Assembly: GCA_038087875.1 (NCBI GenBank) | Contig: CM075990.1 | Span: forward strand, 3,350,001 to 3,414,000 | DNA length: 64,000 nt | Source of the DNA: Malacoraja senta | Taxonomy: Eukaryota | Direction: 5' to 3' | Part shown: one piece after another, positions 12,137-24,965 of the stretch | How positions within the stretch are numbered: position 1 is the stretch's first letter | How the letters are laid out: every line of letters begins with the position of its first letter | Translations under genes and position numbers: made by a program | The notes under the pieces: model-generated | What the model was told of the DNA's origin: nothing | What the model saw: only the letters and a program-made list of their open reading frames with translations | Databases searched by the model: none

Positions 12137-12705
12137 TAGAAACATATAGAGGCAGGAAAAATGTTCCCAATGTTGGGGGAGTCCAGAACCAGGGGTCACA
12201 GTTTAAGAATAAGGGGGAGGCCATTTAGGACTGAGATGAGGAAAAACTTCTTCACCCAGAGAGTTGTGAATCTGTGGAATTCTCTGCCACTGAAGGCAGT
12301 GGAGGCCAATTCTCTGGATGTTTTCAAGAGAGAGTTAAATTCAGCTCTTAGGGCTAACGGAATCAAGGGATATGGGGTGAAAGCAGAAATGGGGTACTGA
12401 TTTAGCAATAGACAATAGACAATAGGTGCAGGAGTAGGCCATTCGGCCCTTCGAGCCAGCACCGCCATTCAATGTGATCATGGCTGATCATCCCCAATCA
12501 GTACCCCGTTCCTGCCTTCTCCCCATATCCCCTGACTCCGCTATTTTTAAGAGCCCTATCTAGCTCGCTCTTGAAAGCATCCAGAGAACCTGCCTCCACC
12601 GCCCTCTGAGGCAGAGAATTAGGATGATCAGCCATGATCATATTGAATGACGGCACTGGCTCGAAGGGCCGAATGGCCTTCTCCTCCACCTATTTTCTAT
12701 GTTTC
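12137..12705 (+). mobile_element. CR1/HER1 3' fragment with an antisense CR1 fragment (12405-12620) nested in its 3' UTR
   Basis: MFPMLGESRTRGHSLRI ORF; the plus copy resumes at ggatgatcagccatg 12622. Confidence 0.85.
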
Positions 12706-13146
12706 CATATCATAAGTGTCACAGGAGCGCCAGCATGCTTGTGTTCATTGTTCTCACGCCTGTTAGGTCCATATTCACCTGGAGATCTTGCAGTGTGAAT
12801 GTACAAAACATGCCTTAGGTCAGGGAAACCTTGTGCAGCACTGAGTCTTGAGATTAATACAAGCATCAAATGTTCAAGCCTGAACAGCCCTTGCACATGG
12901 AGAGGTTTTGACAGCCTGTTAGGTTGCTAAAAATATTATGAATTAATTGTGCCATTCCAAAATTTGAAATAAAATATTAAACAGAAATATCTGAACGCTT
13001 TAAACACAAAACAATTAAAAATACCTCACACTCACAAAGAAAACTGTACATTACCTGAATCCTTCCGCCCTCCCTCACATCCGTGTAGACCCAGGACTGT
13101 TGCACTAACACAAGCTTCCCTCAGTATCGCACACACCCCACATGAA

Positions 13147-13530
13147 GGCACAGTGGCGCAGCTGTAGAGTTGCTGCCTTACAGCGCCAGGGACCCGGGTT
13201 CGATCCTGACCACCGGTGCTCTCTGTACGGAGTTTTGTACGTTCTCCCTGTAGGACCGCGTGGATTTTCTCCAGGTGCTCCGGTTTCCTCCCACGCTCCA
13301 AAGACGTACAGGTTTGTAGGTTAATTGGCCATCTGTAAGCTGTAAAATTGTCCCGTGTGTGTGTAGCTTAGTGTACGGGGCGATCGCTGGTCGGCACGGA
13401 CTCGGTGGGCCGAAGGGCCTGTTTCCGCGCTGTTACTTGTGGGCAGGAGCACCAAGGCAAATTCCTTGTATGTGAATACTTGGCCAATAAACTTACTTAC
13501 TTACTTACTTACTTACTGTATCTCTGAACA
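13147..13530 (+). mobile_element. HE1-type V-SINE with LINE-tail insert ending (ACTT)n
   Basis: SINE motifs; insert 13435-13517 ends caataaacttacttact. Confidence 0.8.
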
Positions 13531-14051
13531 AAACAAGCTTCCCTCAATATCTCCCGCACCCCAAAGATGTGCAGGTTTGCTCTGTAAAATTCCCTTACTG
13601 GGATAACATGGAACTAGTGTGAATGGGTGATCGATGGTTGACGTTGGCCAGAGGACTTGTTTTTATGCCGTCTCATCCAAGCAATCAACCAGGTTAAAAA
13701 GATGGAGGGAAGATGGAGGGAAAGGAAGTCCTGCATTAATATAGCCCATATCTTGATAGTGGTTTGGGTGATGGTTTCCTTTGAAGTATCATTCATTGCT
13801 ATGTGCTCACTGACATAGGAGACACTGTACATTTGAGAGCAACCATAGACAACAGCATTTTGGGTCCTTCCTTGGTAAAGCAGCTTCTGCAAGTTCCTTG
13901 TTGCTACGAAAGTCAAGTGTGTTTATTTCATATGAATGGGAAATTCTAACTTGCCGCATTATTACAGTAAACTAACCCAACAACATAATGCATAAATACA
14001 ATTATGAATAACAACATTAATTATCAGTTATATTTGTCACCTGACCAGGCA

Positions 14052-14332
14052 TCAGAGACCCAGGTTCGATCCTGACTACGGGTGCTGTCTGTACGGAGTT
14101 TGTACGTTCTTCCCGTGACCGCGTGGGTTTCCTCCGGGTGCTCCGGTTTCCTCCCACACTCCAAAGACGTACAGGTTTGTAAGTTAATTGGCTTCGGTAA
14201 AATTGTAAATGATCCCTAGTAGTGTGTCGAAGTAGTGTGTCGTTAGTGTGCGGGGATCGGTGGTCAGCGTGGAATCGGTGGATGAAGGGCCTGTTTCCAC
14301 GCTGTATCTCTAAACTGAAATAAACCAAACTA
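14052..14332 (+). mobile_element. HE1-type V-SINE
   Basis: B box, V-domain and tail. Confidence 0.85.
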
Positions 14333-14840
14333 ATGATAGACACAAAAAGTAAAGTAAAGTATCCTTTATTGTCATTCAGACATTTCAGTCTGAACGAAAT
14401 TGTGTGCCTTGCAGTCATAACATAGAATAAAATAACAAAACATGCACTTAACATAGTTTAACATCCACCACAGTGAGTTCACCAGGCACCTCCTCACTGT
14501 GATGGAAGGCAAAAGTCTTAAAGTCCTTGTCTCTTCCCTCCTCGTCTCCCTCTGCATTGAGGCGATCCAGCTTTCGATGTAGGGACCCTGCCGGGTGACG
14601 GTACGATGGTCAAACGCTGGAGTAACTCAGTGTGTAAGGCCGCATCTCTGGGGAAAAGGAATAGGTGACGTTTCGGGTCGGGACCCTTCTTTAGACTGAG
14701 AGTCAGGTGAAAGGGAAACAAGAGATACAGACGGTGATATAGAGAGATATAGAACAAATGGATGAAAGAAATGCAAAAAAGTGACGATGACAAAAGAAAC
14801 AGGCCATTGGTGGCTGTGGGCTGGGTGAAAAGAAAACTAA

Positions 14841-15086
14841 AGGGCCTGTCCCACTTGGCGTTTTTTTCGGCGACTGCCAGCGTCATATCAGTGTCGCCAA
14901 AAGATTTTGAACATTTCAAAATCCAGCGGCGACAAAAAAATGTTGCGACACCTGAGAAAACACCGCGCGTCAATACGTTATCACGCCGCGTCACGTTGCA
15001 TCACGTCGCAAATTTTTTGGTGACCTGTTACGTCAGTCAATGATGGCGGCAGTTGCCAAAAAAAATCGCCAAGTGGGACAGGCCCT
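14841..15086. mobile_element. PIF/Harbinger-type MITE
   Basis: TIRs agggcctgtcccacttggcg / cgccaagtgggacaggccct; TSD TAA at 14838-14840 and 15087-15089; abuts a PLE 3' UTR fragment (14613-14840, minus). Confidence 0.92.
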
Positions 15087-15179
15087 TAAACCTTAGACCA
15101 AGTCCATAGTTGATGCTGACATGGGTTTGTGTATAGGGGGTTGTGTAATCTGGCTCAAGAGCCTGGTGGTTGATGATAA

Positions 15180-15442
15180 ACAATAGACAATAGACAATAG
15201 GTGCAGCAGTAGGCCATTCGGCCCTTCGAGCCAGCACCGCCATTCAATGTGATCATGGCTGATCATCCCCAATCAATACCCCTTTCCTGCCTTCTCCCCA
15301 TATCCCCTGACTCCGCTATTTTTAAGAGCCCTATCTAGCTCTCTCTTGAAACCATCCAGAGAACTGAGGCAGAGAATTCCACAGACTCACCACTCTCTGT
15401 GAGAAAAAGTGTTTCCTCGTCTCCGTTCTAAATGGCTTACTC
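15180..15442 (-). mobile_element. CR1/HER1 LINE 3' fragment
   Basis: (ctattgt)n tail and 3' UTR as at 5654. Confidence 0.9.
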
Positions 15443-15708
15443 TGGCTTTTTGGAGTTGGCTTTTAAGGAGTTGGCTTTTATCCGTTTTTTTGCCTCCCCC
15501 AGGAGATCACGCGGTTCTTGGGGTGGAGAGGGGTGATAGCGATATAAAGGGGAGGGTAGTGTCTTGTGTTCTGTGTCTTGTGTCTACTGTTTGTGGGTAA
15601 GGGTGTCTGTTTAGTGTTCAGCCATGAGCGAATGGCGGTGCGGGCTCGATGGGCCTGGTGGTCTACTCTCGCACCTACTTTCTATGTTTCTATGTTTCTA
15701 AGGAGTTT

Positions 15709-15740
<32 letters not shown>

Positions 15741-16032
15741 TGTGGTGAAGGAATTACAGAGATGATGACTGGCAGTTGAAGGCCTGGTCACCAAGAGTGG
15801 ACCATTGACAATGAAAGGGTGAGCAGGAGTCCAGCATGGAGGTGCACAGAGGTCTCGGAGAGTCGGAGTGGGTTGTGGGGAGAAGGAGGGTCGATGTCAA
15901 GGAGGGATTTAAATGACAAGGATGAGAATTTTAATATCAAGAATATCTAGGGGACTAGGAGCGAATGTACAGAAGCAGGGTGAGGATGTGAAAGAGGATT
16001 CAGGGGGCAGAGCGGCTGAATTGAAGTGGATA

Positions 16033-16326
16033 GTTTAGTTTAGTTTAGTGATACAGTGCGGAAACAGGCCCTTTCGGCCCACCGATCCCCGCCCATTAAC
16101 ACCATCCTACACCCACTAGGGACAATTTTTACATTTACCAAGCCAATTAACCTATAAACCTGTACGTCTTTGGAGTGTGGGAGGAAACCGAAGATCTCGG
16201 AGAAAACCCACGCAGGTCACGGGGAGAGCGTACAAACTCCGTACAGACAGCACCGGTAGTCGGGATCGAACCCGAGTCTCCAGCGCTGCATTCGCTGTAA
16301 GGCAGCAACTCCACCGCTGCGCCACA
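16033..16326 (-). mobile_element. HE1-type V-SINE
   Basis: Reverse-complement SINE motifs and (tttag)n tail. Confidence 0.85.
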
Positions 16327-16540
16327 AGGAACTGCAGATGCTCATTTATTGAAAAAAGACACAAACTGCTGGAGTGACTCAGCAGGTCAGGCAGCTTCCC
16401 TGGAGAACATGGACGGGTGACGTTTCGGGTTGGGATTCCCCCTCAGTCTGAAGAAGGGTCTCGACGCGAAACATCACCTGTTCATATCCTCCAGAGATGC
16501 TGCCTGGCCCGCTGACTTACTCCAGCACTTTGTGTCTATA
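16327..16540. mobile_element. PLE fold-back mini-element with hammerhead-like motif at 16448-16475
   Basis: Inverted arms; ctgaagaagggtctcgacgcgaaacatc. Confidence 0.8.
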
Positions 16541-16917
16541 TTTTTCAGCTGAGTTGATCCCAGGATAAATCTATGGGCCAACTTTTAAATGGTTGAGTTT
16601 CAGTTTGGTTTATTGTCACCTGCACCGAGGTACAGTGAAAAGATTTGTTGCGTGCTAACCAGTCGGCGGAAAGTCTTTCCTATTTGATTAATTATGGCCT
16701 AAAATCCAGAAACAACTTCGGAAGTCCCATTTAAAATTGTTGTGCTACGTCCTTTTGACAATATTAATATCCAGAGATGTTCAGGTGTGATTGAAAACAG
16801 CTCCACCGTCTACACCACTGTGCCAGCCGCTGTGACTCACTTAAAGATAGTTGGAAAGATAAAGGAATTGAACAAAAAGTTATAAACAATTTTGAGGGTT
16901 GTCAGAAACTGTTTAGT

Positions 16918-17380
16918 TTGTATTTCGCTTGGGCAGCTTACAACCTGACGCAATGAAATTGATTTCTCTAACTTCAAGTAACCCTTGCTTTCCCCCTCTC
17001 TCCACCCTCCCCCACCCTAGTTCTCCGACTAGTTCCACTGTCCTCCTGATTAATTGTACAGTTTAGACAATAGACAATAGACAATAGGTGCAGGAGTAGG
17101 CCATTTGGCCCTTCAAGCCATTCAATGTGATCATTGCTGATCACGTTTGTAAGTTTGTAAGCCTCGTTGTCACCTACCCCTCAGCCAACAATGAACCATT
17201 CTACATTTCCTTGACCATCGACTGCTTTGATCTGTTCTTTTCACACCTTACCCTCCCATATCCCTAGTTCCATTCTCCCCTGACTCTCAGTCTGAAGAAG
17301 GGTCTCGACCCGAAACATCACCTTCTCTCCAGAGATGCTGCCTGTCCCGCTGAGTTACTCGAGCATTTTATGTCTATCTT
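16918..17380 (+). mobile_element. Penelope-like element 3' end: ORF C-terminus, 3' UTR and pLTR with hammerhead-like motif
   Basis: FRLGSLQPDA...DFSNFK* (stop at ~16980), pyrimidine-rich UTR, then ctgaagaagggtctcgacccgaaacatc at 17292-17319. Confidence 0.85.
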
Positions 17381-17399
17381 AACTGTTTATTAGTTTCAA

Positions 17400-17700
17400 T
17401 TTTAGCTTAGTTTAGAGATACGGTGCGGAAACAGACTTTTCAGCCCACCATGTCCGCGCCAACCAGCGATCCCCACACACTAACACTATCCTACACACAC
17501 TAGGGACAATTTACATTTATTCCAAGCCAATTAACCTACAAACCTGTACGTCTTTGGAGTGTGGGAGGAAACGGAAGATCTCGGAGATCACGCAGGTCAC
17601 GCAGGTCACGGGGAGAACGTACAAACTTCGTGCCGACCTGCGGTCAGGATCGAACCCGGGTCTCTGGCGCTGTAATGCAGCAACTCTACCGCTGTGCCAG
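17400..17700 (-). mobile_element. HE1-type V-SINE
   Basis: SINE motifs. Confidence 0.85.
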
Positions 17701-17961
17701 CGTGACTTGGCAGAAGCTGAAGCTGAGCCTGGCAGAGAGAAACACCTGGAGCTAAAGATCGTGAGAACAGCATCACCAATAAAGTGAGATGGCTGTTTCT
17801 CTATAACTGAAGCAATGAGAATGTTTTAATAGCCTGACCTTCAACCCAGATGAGACGTGGACTTGTCAGGGTCAGTGACAATGCTGGTGTAGCACATTCC
17901 TGTCTTTGTTACGAGCTTGGTTGAAAAATGCACTGACACATCACCTCTGCAAACTACTAAC

Positions 17962-18114
<153 letters not shown>

Positions 18115-18152
18115 AGAGGCCGAGAATGAGATCATCAGCTCTCTCCTCTGAG

Positions 18153-18885
18153 CTAGACACAAAATACTGGAGTAACTCTGCGGGACAGGCAGCATCGCTG
18201 GAGAGAAGGAATGGGTGACATTTGGGGCCGAGACCCTTCTTCAGATTGAGTGTCGGGCGAGAGAGAGACATAGAGATATGGAAGTGTTTAAGAAAGAACT
18301 GCAGATGCTGGAAAAATCGAAGGTAGACAAAAATGCTGGAGAAACTCAGCGGGTGAGTTTCTCCAGCAAACTCACCAGACCCTGGTCTCGACCCGAAACA
18401 TTGCCTATTCCTTCGCTCCATAGACGCTGCCTCACCCGCTGAGTTTCTCCAGCATTTTTGTCTACCTTAGAGATATGGAAGGGTAAGGTGTGAAAACTAG
18501 CCATCAAAGAGGAAGAAGTCAAGGAAAATGTAGAATAAATCATAGTTAGCTCGGGGAAGTTGACAACAAAGCTTACAAAGTAACATTTAATCAGGAGGAC
18601 AAAGTTAATTTTATTTTGTAAGCCTCGTTGTCACCTTCCCCAAGCTAACAATGACATATTCGACATTTTCCTTGAACTTTGTCCCCTTTGATCTCTCGTT
18701 TTCACACCTTACCCTTCCATATCTCTCGTTTCCCTCTCCTCTGACACAGTATGGAAGAAGGGTCTCAACACAAAACGTCACCCGTTCCTTCTCTCCAGAG
18801 ATGCTGCCTGTCCCGCTGAGTTACTCCAGCATTTTTGCATCTATCTCCGGAGTCAACCAGCATCTGCAGTTCCTTCCCACACACT
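18153..18885. mobile_element. Long PLE fold-back element with a nested second-subfamily PLE mini-element (18285-18467)
   Basis: Outer inverted 3' UTR plus pLTR arms; inner insert has a 14-bp TSD tagagatatggaag (18271-18284 and 18468-18481). Confidence 0.8.
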
Positions 18886-19073
18886 TCTCCACTGAGGCAG
18901 ATAGAAACTGAACGGTTCCTGACAACCCCCAACTTGGTTTTCAATTTTTTGCTTGAGGCTGATCGATGGTCAGCATGAACTGGATGGGCCGAGGGGCCCG
19001 TTTCCATGCTGTATCTTTAACATTAAACTTAAGACGTGGTGTGCTGCTTCATCCAGGACCCAGAATGTATTAG

Positions 19074-19437
19074 TTCATAAGTGATAGGAGCAAAATTAGG
19101 CCATTCAGCCCATTGAGTCCACTCCGCCACTCAATCATGGCTGATCCATCTTTCCCTTTCAACCCCATTCTCCTGCCTTCTCCCCATAACCCCTGACACC
19201 CGTACTAATCAAGAATCTATCTACACCTTAAAACTATCCATGAACTTGGCCTCCACAGTCCTCTGTGGCAATGAATTCCACAGATTCACCACCCTCTGAC
19301 TAAAGAAATTCCTCCTCAACCCTTTTCTAAAGGTACCTCCTTTTATTCTGAGGCCGTAGCCTCTGGTTGTAGACTCTCCCACTAGTGGAAACATCCTATC
19401 CACATCCACTCTATCCAGGCCTTTCACCATTCGGTAA
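19074..19437 (-). mobile_element. CR1 LINE 3' fragment
   Basis: KGLDRVDVDRMFPLVGESTTRG...NLWNSLPQ. Confidence 0.85.
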
Positions 19438-20034
19438 CTGCCACTGGTTGAGAAGATAAGTTATGTCCTGGAGATTATAAAAACCTGCGGATGCTGGAAT
19501 CTTGAGCTAAACACAAAGTGCTGGAGAAACCCAGTGGGTCAGGCAACATCTGTGGAGGGAATGGACAGATGGCATTTAGGGTTGTGATTTGATTTGGATT
19601 GCTGTCGATTTGTGATCTTGCAATTCATAATAAACTAAAGGTGTCATAAGATTCAACAATTGATCGATAGGTGGAGGGTTGATTTATTGATAGATACAGT
19701 ATGGAAACAGGCCCTTCGGCCCACAGTGTCCATGCCGGCCATTGATCACCCGTTCTCACTAGTTCTATGTTATCCCACTTTTATATCCACTCGTTACACA
19801 CTAGGGGTCTTTTCCAGTGGCCAATTAATTGACAAATCTCCCATGCCTTTGGGATGAGGGGGGAAACCGAAGCACCTGGAGGAAACCCCCGAGGTCACAG
19901 GGAGAACGTGTAAACTCCGCACAGCCAGCACTCGGTCAGGATCGAACCAGGGTCACTGGTGCTGTGAGCATTCTGCCGCCCACAGTAAATACAGTTTCCA
20001 CTACATGGAAGAGGGATTAAAATTCTTTCCCATA

Positions 20035-20673
20035 CTCGGAACATTAGAATTAAATCAAACATTTACAACAACACAAAGAAACTTTATTGATTATAGTATA
20101 ATAACAGGAAAAAAATTAATTCTAAAATTTTGGAAAGGCCCTACGTCCCCCACAATCAAAATGTGGATTATAGAAATGACGGAGACCTTAAACGTGGAAA
20201 GAATCAGATTTTCCCTGTTGGACAAACAGGAATTATTCGTTGGAACATGGGCTCCCTTTATTGATTATTTAAAGGGTCAGAATGGTTCAGCACAGGAACC
20301 TGACTAATACTCGGGCTAAAGAATGGATGAAATGTTATACTCTGAAATGTACGAATATATCTCGAATGAAGTTTTTTATTTTAATACATTTTTCCATTCT
20401 TCTTTAACCATCTTTTTCTTTTTTTTGTTTTTTTTTTGTTTGTTTTTGTTTTGTTTTTTTGTTTTCTCTTTTCTCTTTTTCTTCTCACTCTTTTCTTTCT
20501 TTACTTCATCTATCTTTTTAGTTCTATCTAGTTTAAAAAAAAAAAAAGGCAAAAGGTATTGGAGACAATGTAATAATAATTGATAATATTATCAATTTAA
20601 AAATTTAAGACTAATGATGTTAATAGGTTGTGTACTTTTCTCCAATAAAAAATATTTTCAAAAAAAAAAAAAA
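20035..20673 (+). mobile_element. 5'-truncated L1-clade LINE with poly-A and TSD
   Basis: KKLILKFWK...IKMW ORF2 C-terminus similar to 1196-1737; aataaa plus poly-A; 16-bp TSD aaaattctttcccata at 20019-20034 and 20674-20689. Confidence 0.9.
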
Positions 20674-20764
20674 AAAATTCTTTCCCATATCTTTTAATGA
20701 CAGATGCGGAGTGGAGAACAGTCCTGACTCCCACCAACCTCATTGAGAAACTCCAAATTATCTT

Positions 20765-21100
20765 TAGTGTAGTTTAGTTTTTAGTTTAGAGATACAGCGT
20801 GGAAACAGGCCTTTCGGCCCACCAAGCCCGCCCCGACCAGCGATCCCCGCACACCATCACTACCTCACACATACCAGCGGCAATTTACATTTAAACATTT
20901 AAAGATGTACAGGTTATTTAACCAACAAACCTGTACATCTTTGGAGTGTGGGAGGAAACCGAAGATCTCAGAGAAAGCCCATGTGGTCATGGGGAGAACA
21001 TACAAACCCCATACAGACAGCACCCGTAGTCAGGATCAAACCCGGGTCTCGGGTCTGCAAGCGCTGTAAGGCAGCAACTCTACTGCTGTAACACCATTGC
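20765..21100 (-). mobile_element. HE1-type V-SINE
   Basis: SINE motifs. Confidence 0.85.
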
Positions 21101-21249
21101 ACTGTTAATTGGACTTTACTGGACTAGCTTGCACTGAACGTTATTCCCTTTATCCTATATCTGTACACTGTGGATGGCTTGATTGTAATCATGTATTGTC
21201 TTTTCACCGACTAGCTAACACACAACAAAAAAGCTATTAACTGCACCTA

Positions 21250-21387
21250 TGAAGAAGGTCTGAAGAAGGGTCTCGACCCGAAATGTTGCCTATTTCCTTC
21301 GCTCCATAGATGCTGCCTCACCCGCTGAGTTTCTCCAGCATTTTTGTCTACCTTCGATTGTCCAGCATCTGCAGTTCCTTCTTAAAC
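21250..21387 (+). mobile_element. PLE pLTR (subfamily B) inserted in a Rex1-like 3' UTR
   Basis: ctgaagaagggtctcgacccgaaatgtt at 21260; flanked by aactgcaccta / aactgtacta. Confidence 0.75.
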
Positions 21388-22831
21388 TTGAACTGTACTA
21401 TTATTGAACACATACACGTGACAATAATAGTGATAAACTAAACTAAATAGTTTCATTGGGAAATTGGAAAATTCTCAGGAGAGGTCTGAGAATACATTGG
21501 TTACAAATTTATTTAGGGGCACAGAATTTTTGTATGTAATAGGACCAGATTATTGATAGAACATTAAAGGCTCTAATTGAATGGATATTCTTATCAGTCG
21601 GTTTACTGATGAGAGGCTAATTTTACAGCTGAACCTTTAACCTTGGAGGAACGAACAAGATGAGGAAACCAATTTTTAAAAAGATAAGTGAATGTGCAAT
21701 TTTAGCATACTTTCAGTGACAAAATATCATCAATGCAGCAAATTTAAATAAAACTGGTAAAATAAAGGGGGAAAAATTTTGCTTTATTTTTTTTTTCCTT
21801 GCTGGTTAACGATGGCTTGGACGTCTTGGGTTCAATTTTAATTTAACATCCAGGCTATGCAGAGACTGATTCAAAAAACAATCATTCCCCTTAACTGCAA
21901 GTACATCGGGCAAATGCGGCAATGTTCGTGTCTGACAGTTTATACATTAAAATGAATTACCTAACCTTTCCAACTTCCAGTGACAAAACAGAAAAAATGA
22001 AAGATAATGGGTTATTATTCACTGAAGGATCCTATACATAATAATGATATCATTAATAATCACTGTGATACTCAGGAGTTCCTGCAGCTTTTAAAAAACA
22101 TTTAATGGTATTACATTTTGAATCATCAGTCCTAGTCCAGTCCTAGTTATTCAGCTGGAAAGCAGAGAGAAAAATGTATTGTATTATATTTCTTGCAGTC
22201 TGTTACCGAGCCAGTCATGAGTCAATTTGGCAAATAATGCAAGCAGAACCGGAGGAGAAAGCACATCAGCACCTGCTTAAAGTGCAAGACAGTAAGCATA
22301 CGATAGATTTACAAGCTGTCGCAACATGCATCTGACAAAAGCAATAACGAGAATTAGCTTACAGAAGCTTTGCTGATAAATTTTATTTACCATCACCAGT
22401 GCTGGAGCCATGCGGGTCAAACACTTTCAAGTCCCCGCCGCTGGCTGGCTCGACTTAGAGAGGTGGCTGGGGGCACAGAGAGGGAGTGGGGTGTGGGAAG
22501 GAACTGCTGACGCTGGTTTACACCGAAGATAGACACCAACAAAAAGCTGGGGTAACTCAGCGGGGTCAGGAGGCATCTCTGTAGATAAGGAATGGGTGAC
22601 GTTTCGAGTCAAGACCCTTCTTTAGTCCCCGGTTGCACCACAGGACTTGATTTTATTTCTTTTTGCTTACATGCTAGGCTTGATATTCAGAAGAATGACT
22701 AACACTTAATAAAATGCCAATGGTTGATGGAAGAGCAAGTGGATTTGTGAAAAGGTGCTGAGCTGCTTATAACATCATGGATGACACAGTTCGCATAGGT
22801 ATATATGTATTTATATATATAGATAGATAGA

Positions 22832-22931
22832 TCTATATATATACATACATAGACATACGCCTCAGGCCGCCCCCTCCCCTCGCAACCGCGCGTTGCGGGA
22901 ACAGGACCCAACGGGTCTGCACTTGGTCTAG
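22832..22931 (+). mobile_element. Mini-Helitron (100 bp, non-autonomous)
   Basis: 5' TCTATATAT after an A; 3' CTAG followed by T; hairpin GACCC-AAC-GGGTC (22905-22917) 10 nt upstream of CTAG; no TSD. Confidence 0.7.
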
Positions 22932-23440
<509 letters not shown>

Positions 23441-23749
23441 TAAACCACTGCTATTTAAACTGGCGATTTGTCATTTATTTTCGACGGTGGCTCCACACAG
23501 TAGGTGATTGCTGGTGAGTGAGATGGAAAGCAGAGGTGATATCAGACAGAACCGATCTCTTGTTTTTTCTCAGCCGATTTCTTTCCATCATTTACCAGCC
23601 TGCGCTATTTGCTACGACTCACAAGGCAGAGTGGTGATTCTCGAGTGGCGTGTATCAAAAACGAGCAGCAAAGGAACGTCTGTGGCCCCTGAAACACTTC
23701 CCTCTTCATGAGGAGGGATGTGGGCATGGTAGGCCCACCCCCTTTCTGA

Positions 23750-24000
23750 GTAGGAGAGAACTGCAGATGCTGGTTTAAATCGAAGGTAGACACAAAATGC
23801 TGGAGTAACTCAGCGGGACAGGCAGCATCTCTGGAGAGATGGAATGGGTGATGTTTCGTTTCAGTCACGAGATCGCGTAATTTGCATGCCAAGGACACGT
23901 AAGTGGGACAGGCCCTTTATTCCAACATTTTGTGTCTACCCTCACCCCTTCATGACCTTCTTCTAAAGAAGGGTCCCAACCCGAAACGCCACCTAGCCAT
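23750..24000. mobile_element. PLE mini-element containing the right end of a Harbinger-type MITE (to 23916)
   Basis: taagtgggacaggccct followed by TTA and ttccaacatttt, the pLTR continuation. Confidence 0.7.
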
Positions 24001-24065
24001 TCTTTAGACTTTAGCCTTAGAGAGATACAGCATGGACAGCCATGTGGGCGAGGAGGTACACAGTG

Positions 24066-24370
24066 GGCAGTCACGGTGGCGCAGCGGTAGAGTAGCTACC
24101 TTATAGCGCTTGCAGCGCCGGAGACCCAGGTTCGATCCCGACTATGGGCGCTGTCTGTACGGAGTTTGTACGTTCTCCCCGTGACCCACGTGGGTTTTCT
24201 CTGAGATCTTCGGTTTCCTCCCACACTCCAAAGACGTACATGTTTGTAGGTTAATTAGCTTGGAAAATATAAAAATTGTCCCTAGTGTGTGTAGGATAGT
24301 GTAAGTGTGCGGGGATCACTGGACGGCACGGACTCGGTGGGCCAAAGGGTCTGAACTAAATTGAACTAAA
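24066..24370 (+). mobile_element. HE1-type V-SINE
   Basis: Full head, V-domain and tail. Confidence 0.9.
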
Positions 24371-24772
24371 TAACAAGGAAGTTGGCCATTGGAACCATGT
24401 TGGATCCAAGAAGCAATGCCATTATCTCCTTTCCCCCTCTCCTTATTTCCCTGTAGCCATCCTAGTTATTATGTCCATACCACTTTGATTCAGCTGCCAC
24501 ATAAAAACAGGGAGATCTCCACTTAAGACAGAGTTTAATTTCTTTGTGTGGCAACTTTCCACATTCAATAATCCATCAGCAGATCTTTGGAATGGATCTT
24601 TAGATCTTTGGAATCTTCAGTGGAGATGGAAACTGGGGCACCTTGAAGATACAAACTCCACAAAGGGGAAGATACAAACTCCACAAAGATGGCTCTGGAG
24701 ATCAGGATTGAACCCAGATCTCGGGAGCTCTAAAGCATCTCACCTTCTGTTGTGCCGACCCTTCAGTTTCAC

Positions 24773-24965
24773 CGAAGATAGACACAAAGTGCTGGAGTAA
24801 CTCAACGAGTCAGGCAGCGTCCCAGGAGAAAAAGGACGGGTGGCACAAAATGCTGGAGTTTACCCATCCTTTTTCACCAGAGATGCTGCCTGACCTGCTG
24901 AGTTACTCCACCATTTTTGTGTCCATGCTCGGCATAAACCAGCATCTGCAGTTCCTTCCTACACT
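24773..24965. mobile_element. PLE fold-back mini-element
   Basis: 12-bp TSD cttcagtttcac at 24761-24772 and 24966-24977. Confidence 0.8.

Noticed and set aside
24066..24150. tRNA gene
   Set aside because: The A and B boxes belong to the tRNA-derived head of a SINE; there is no full cloverleaf and it continues into the V-domain.
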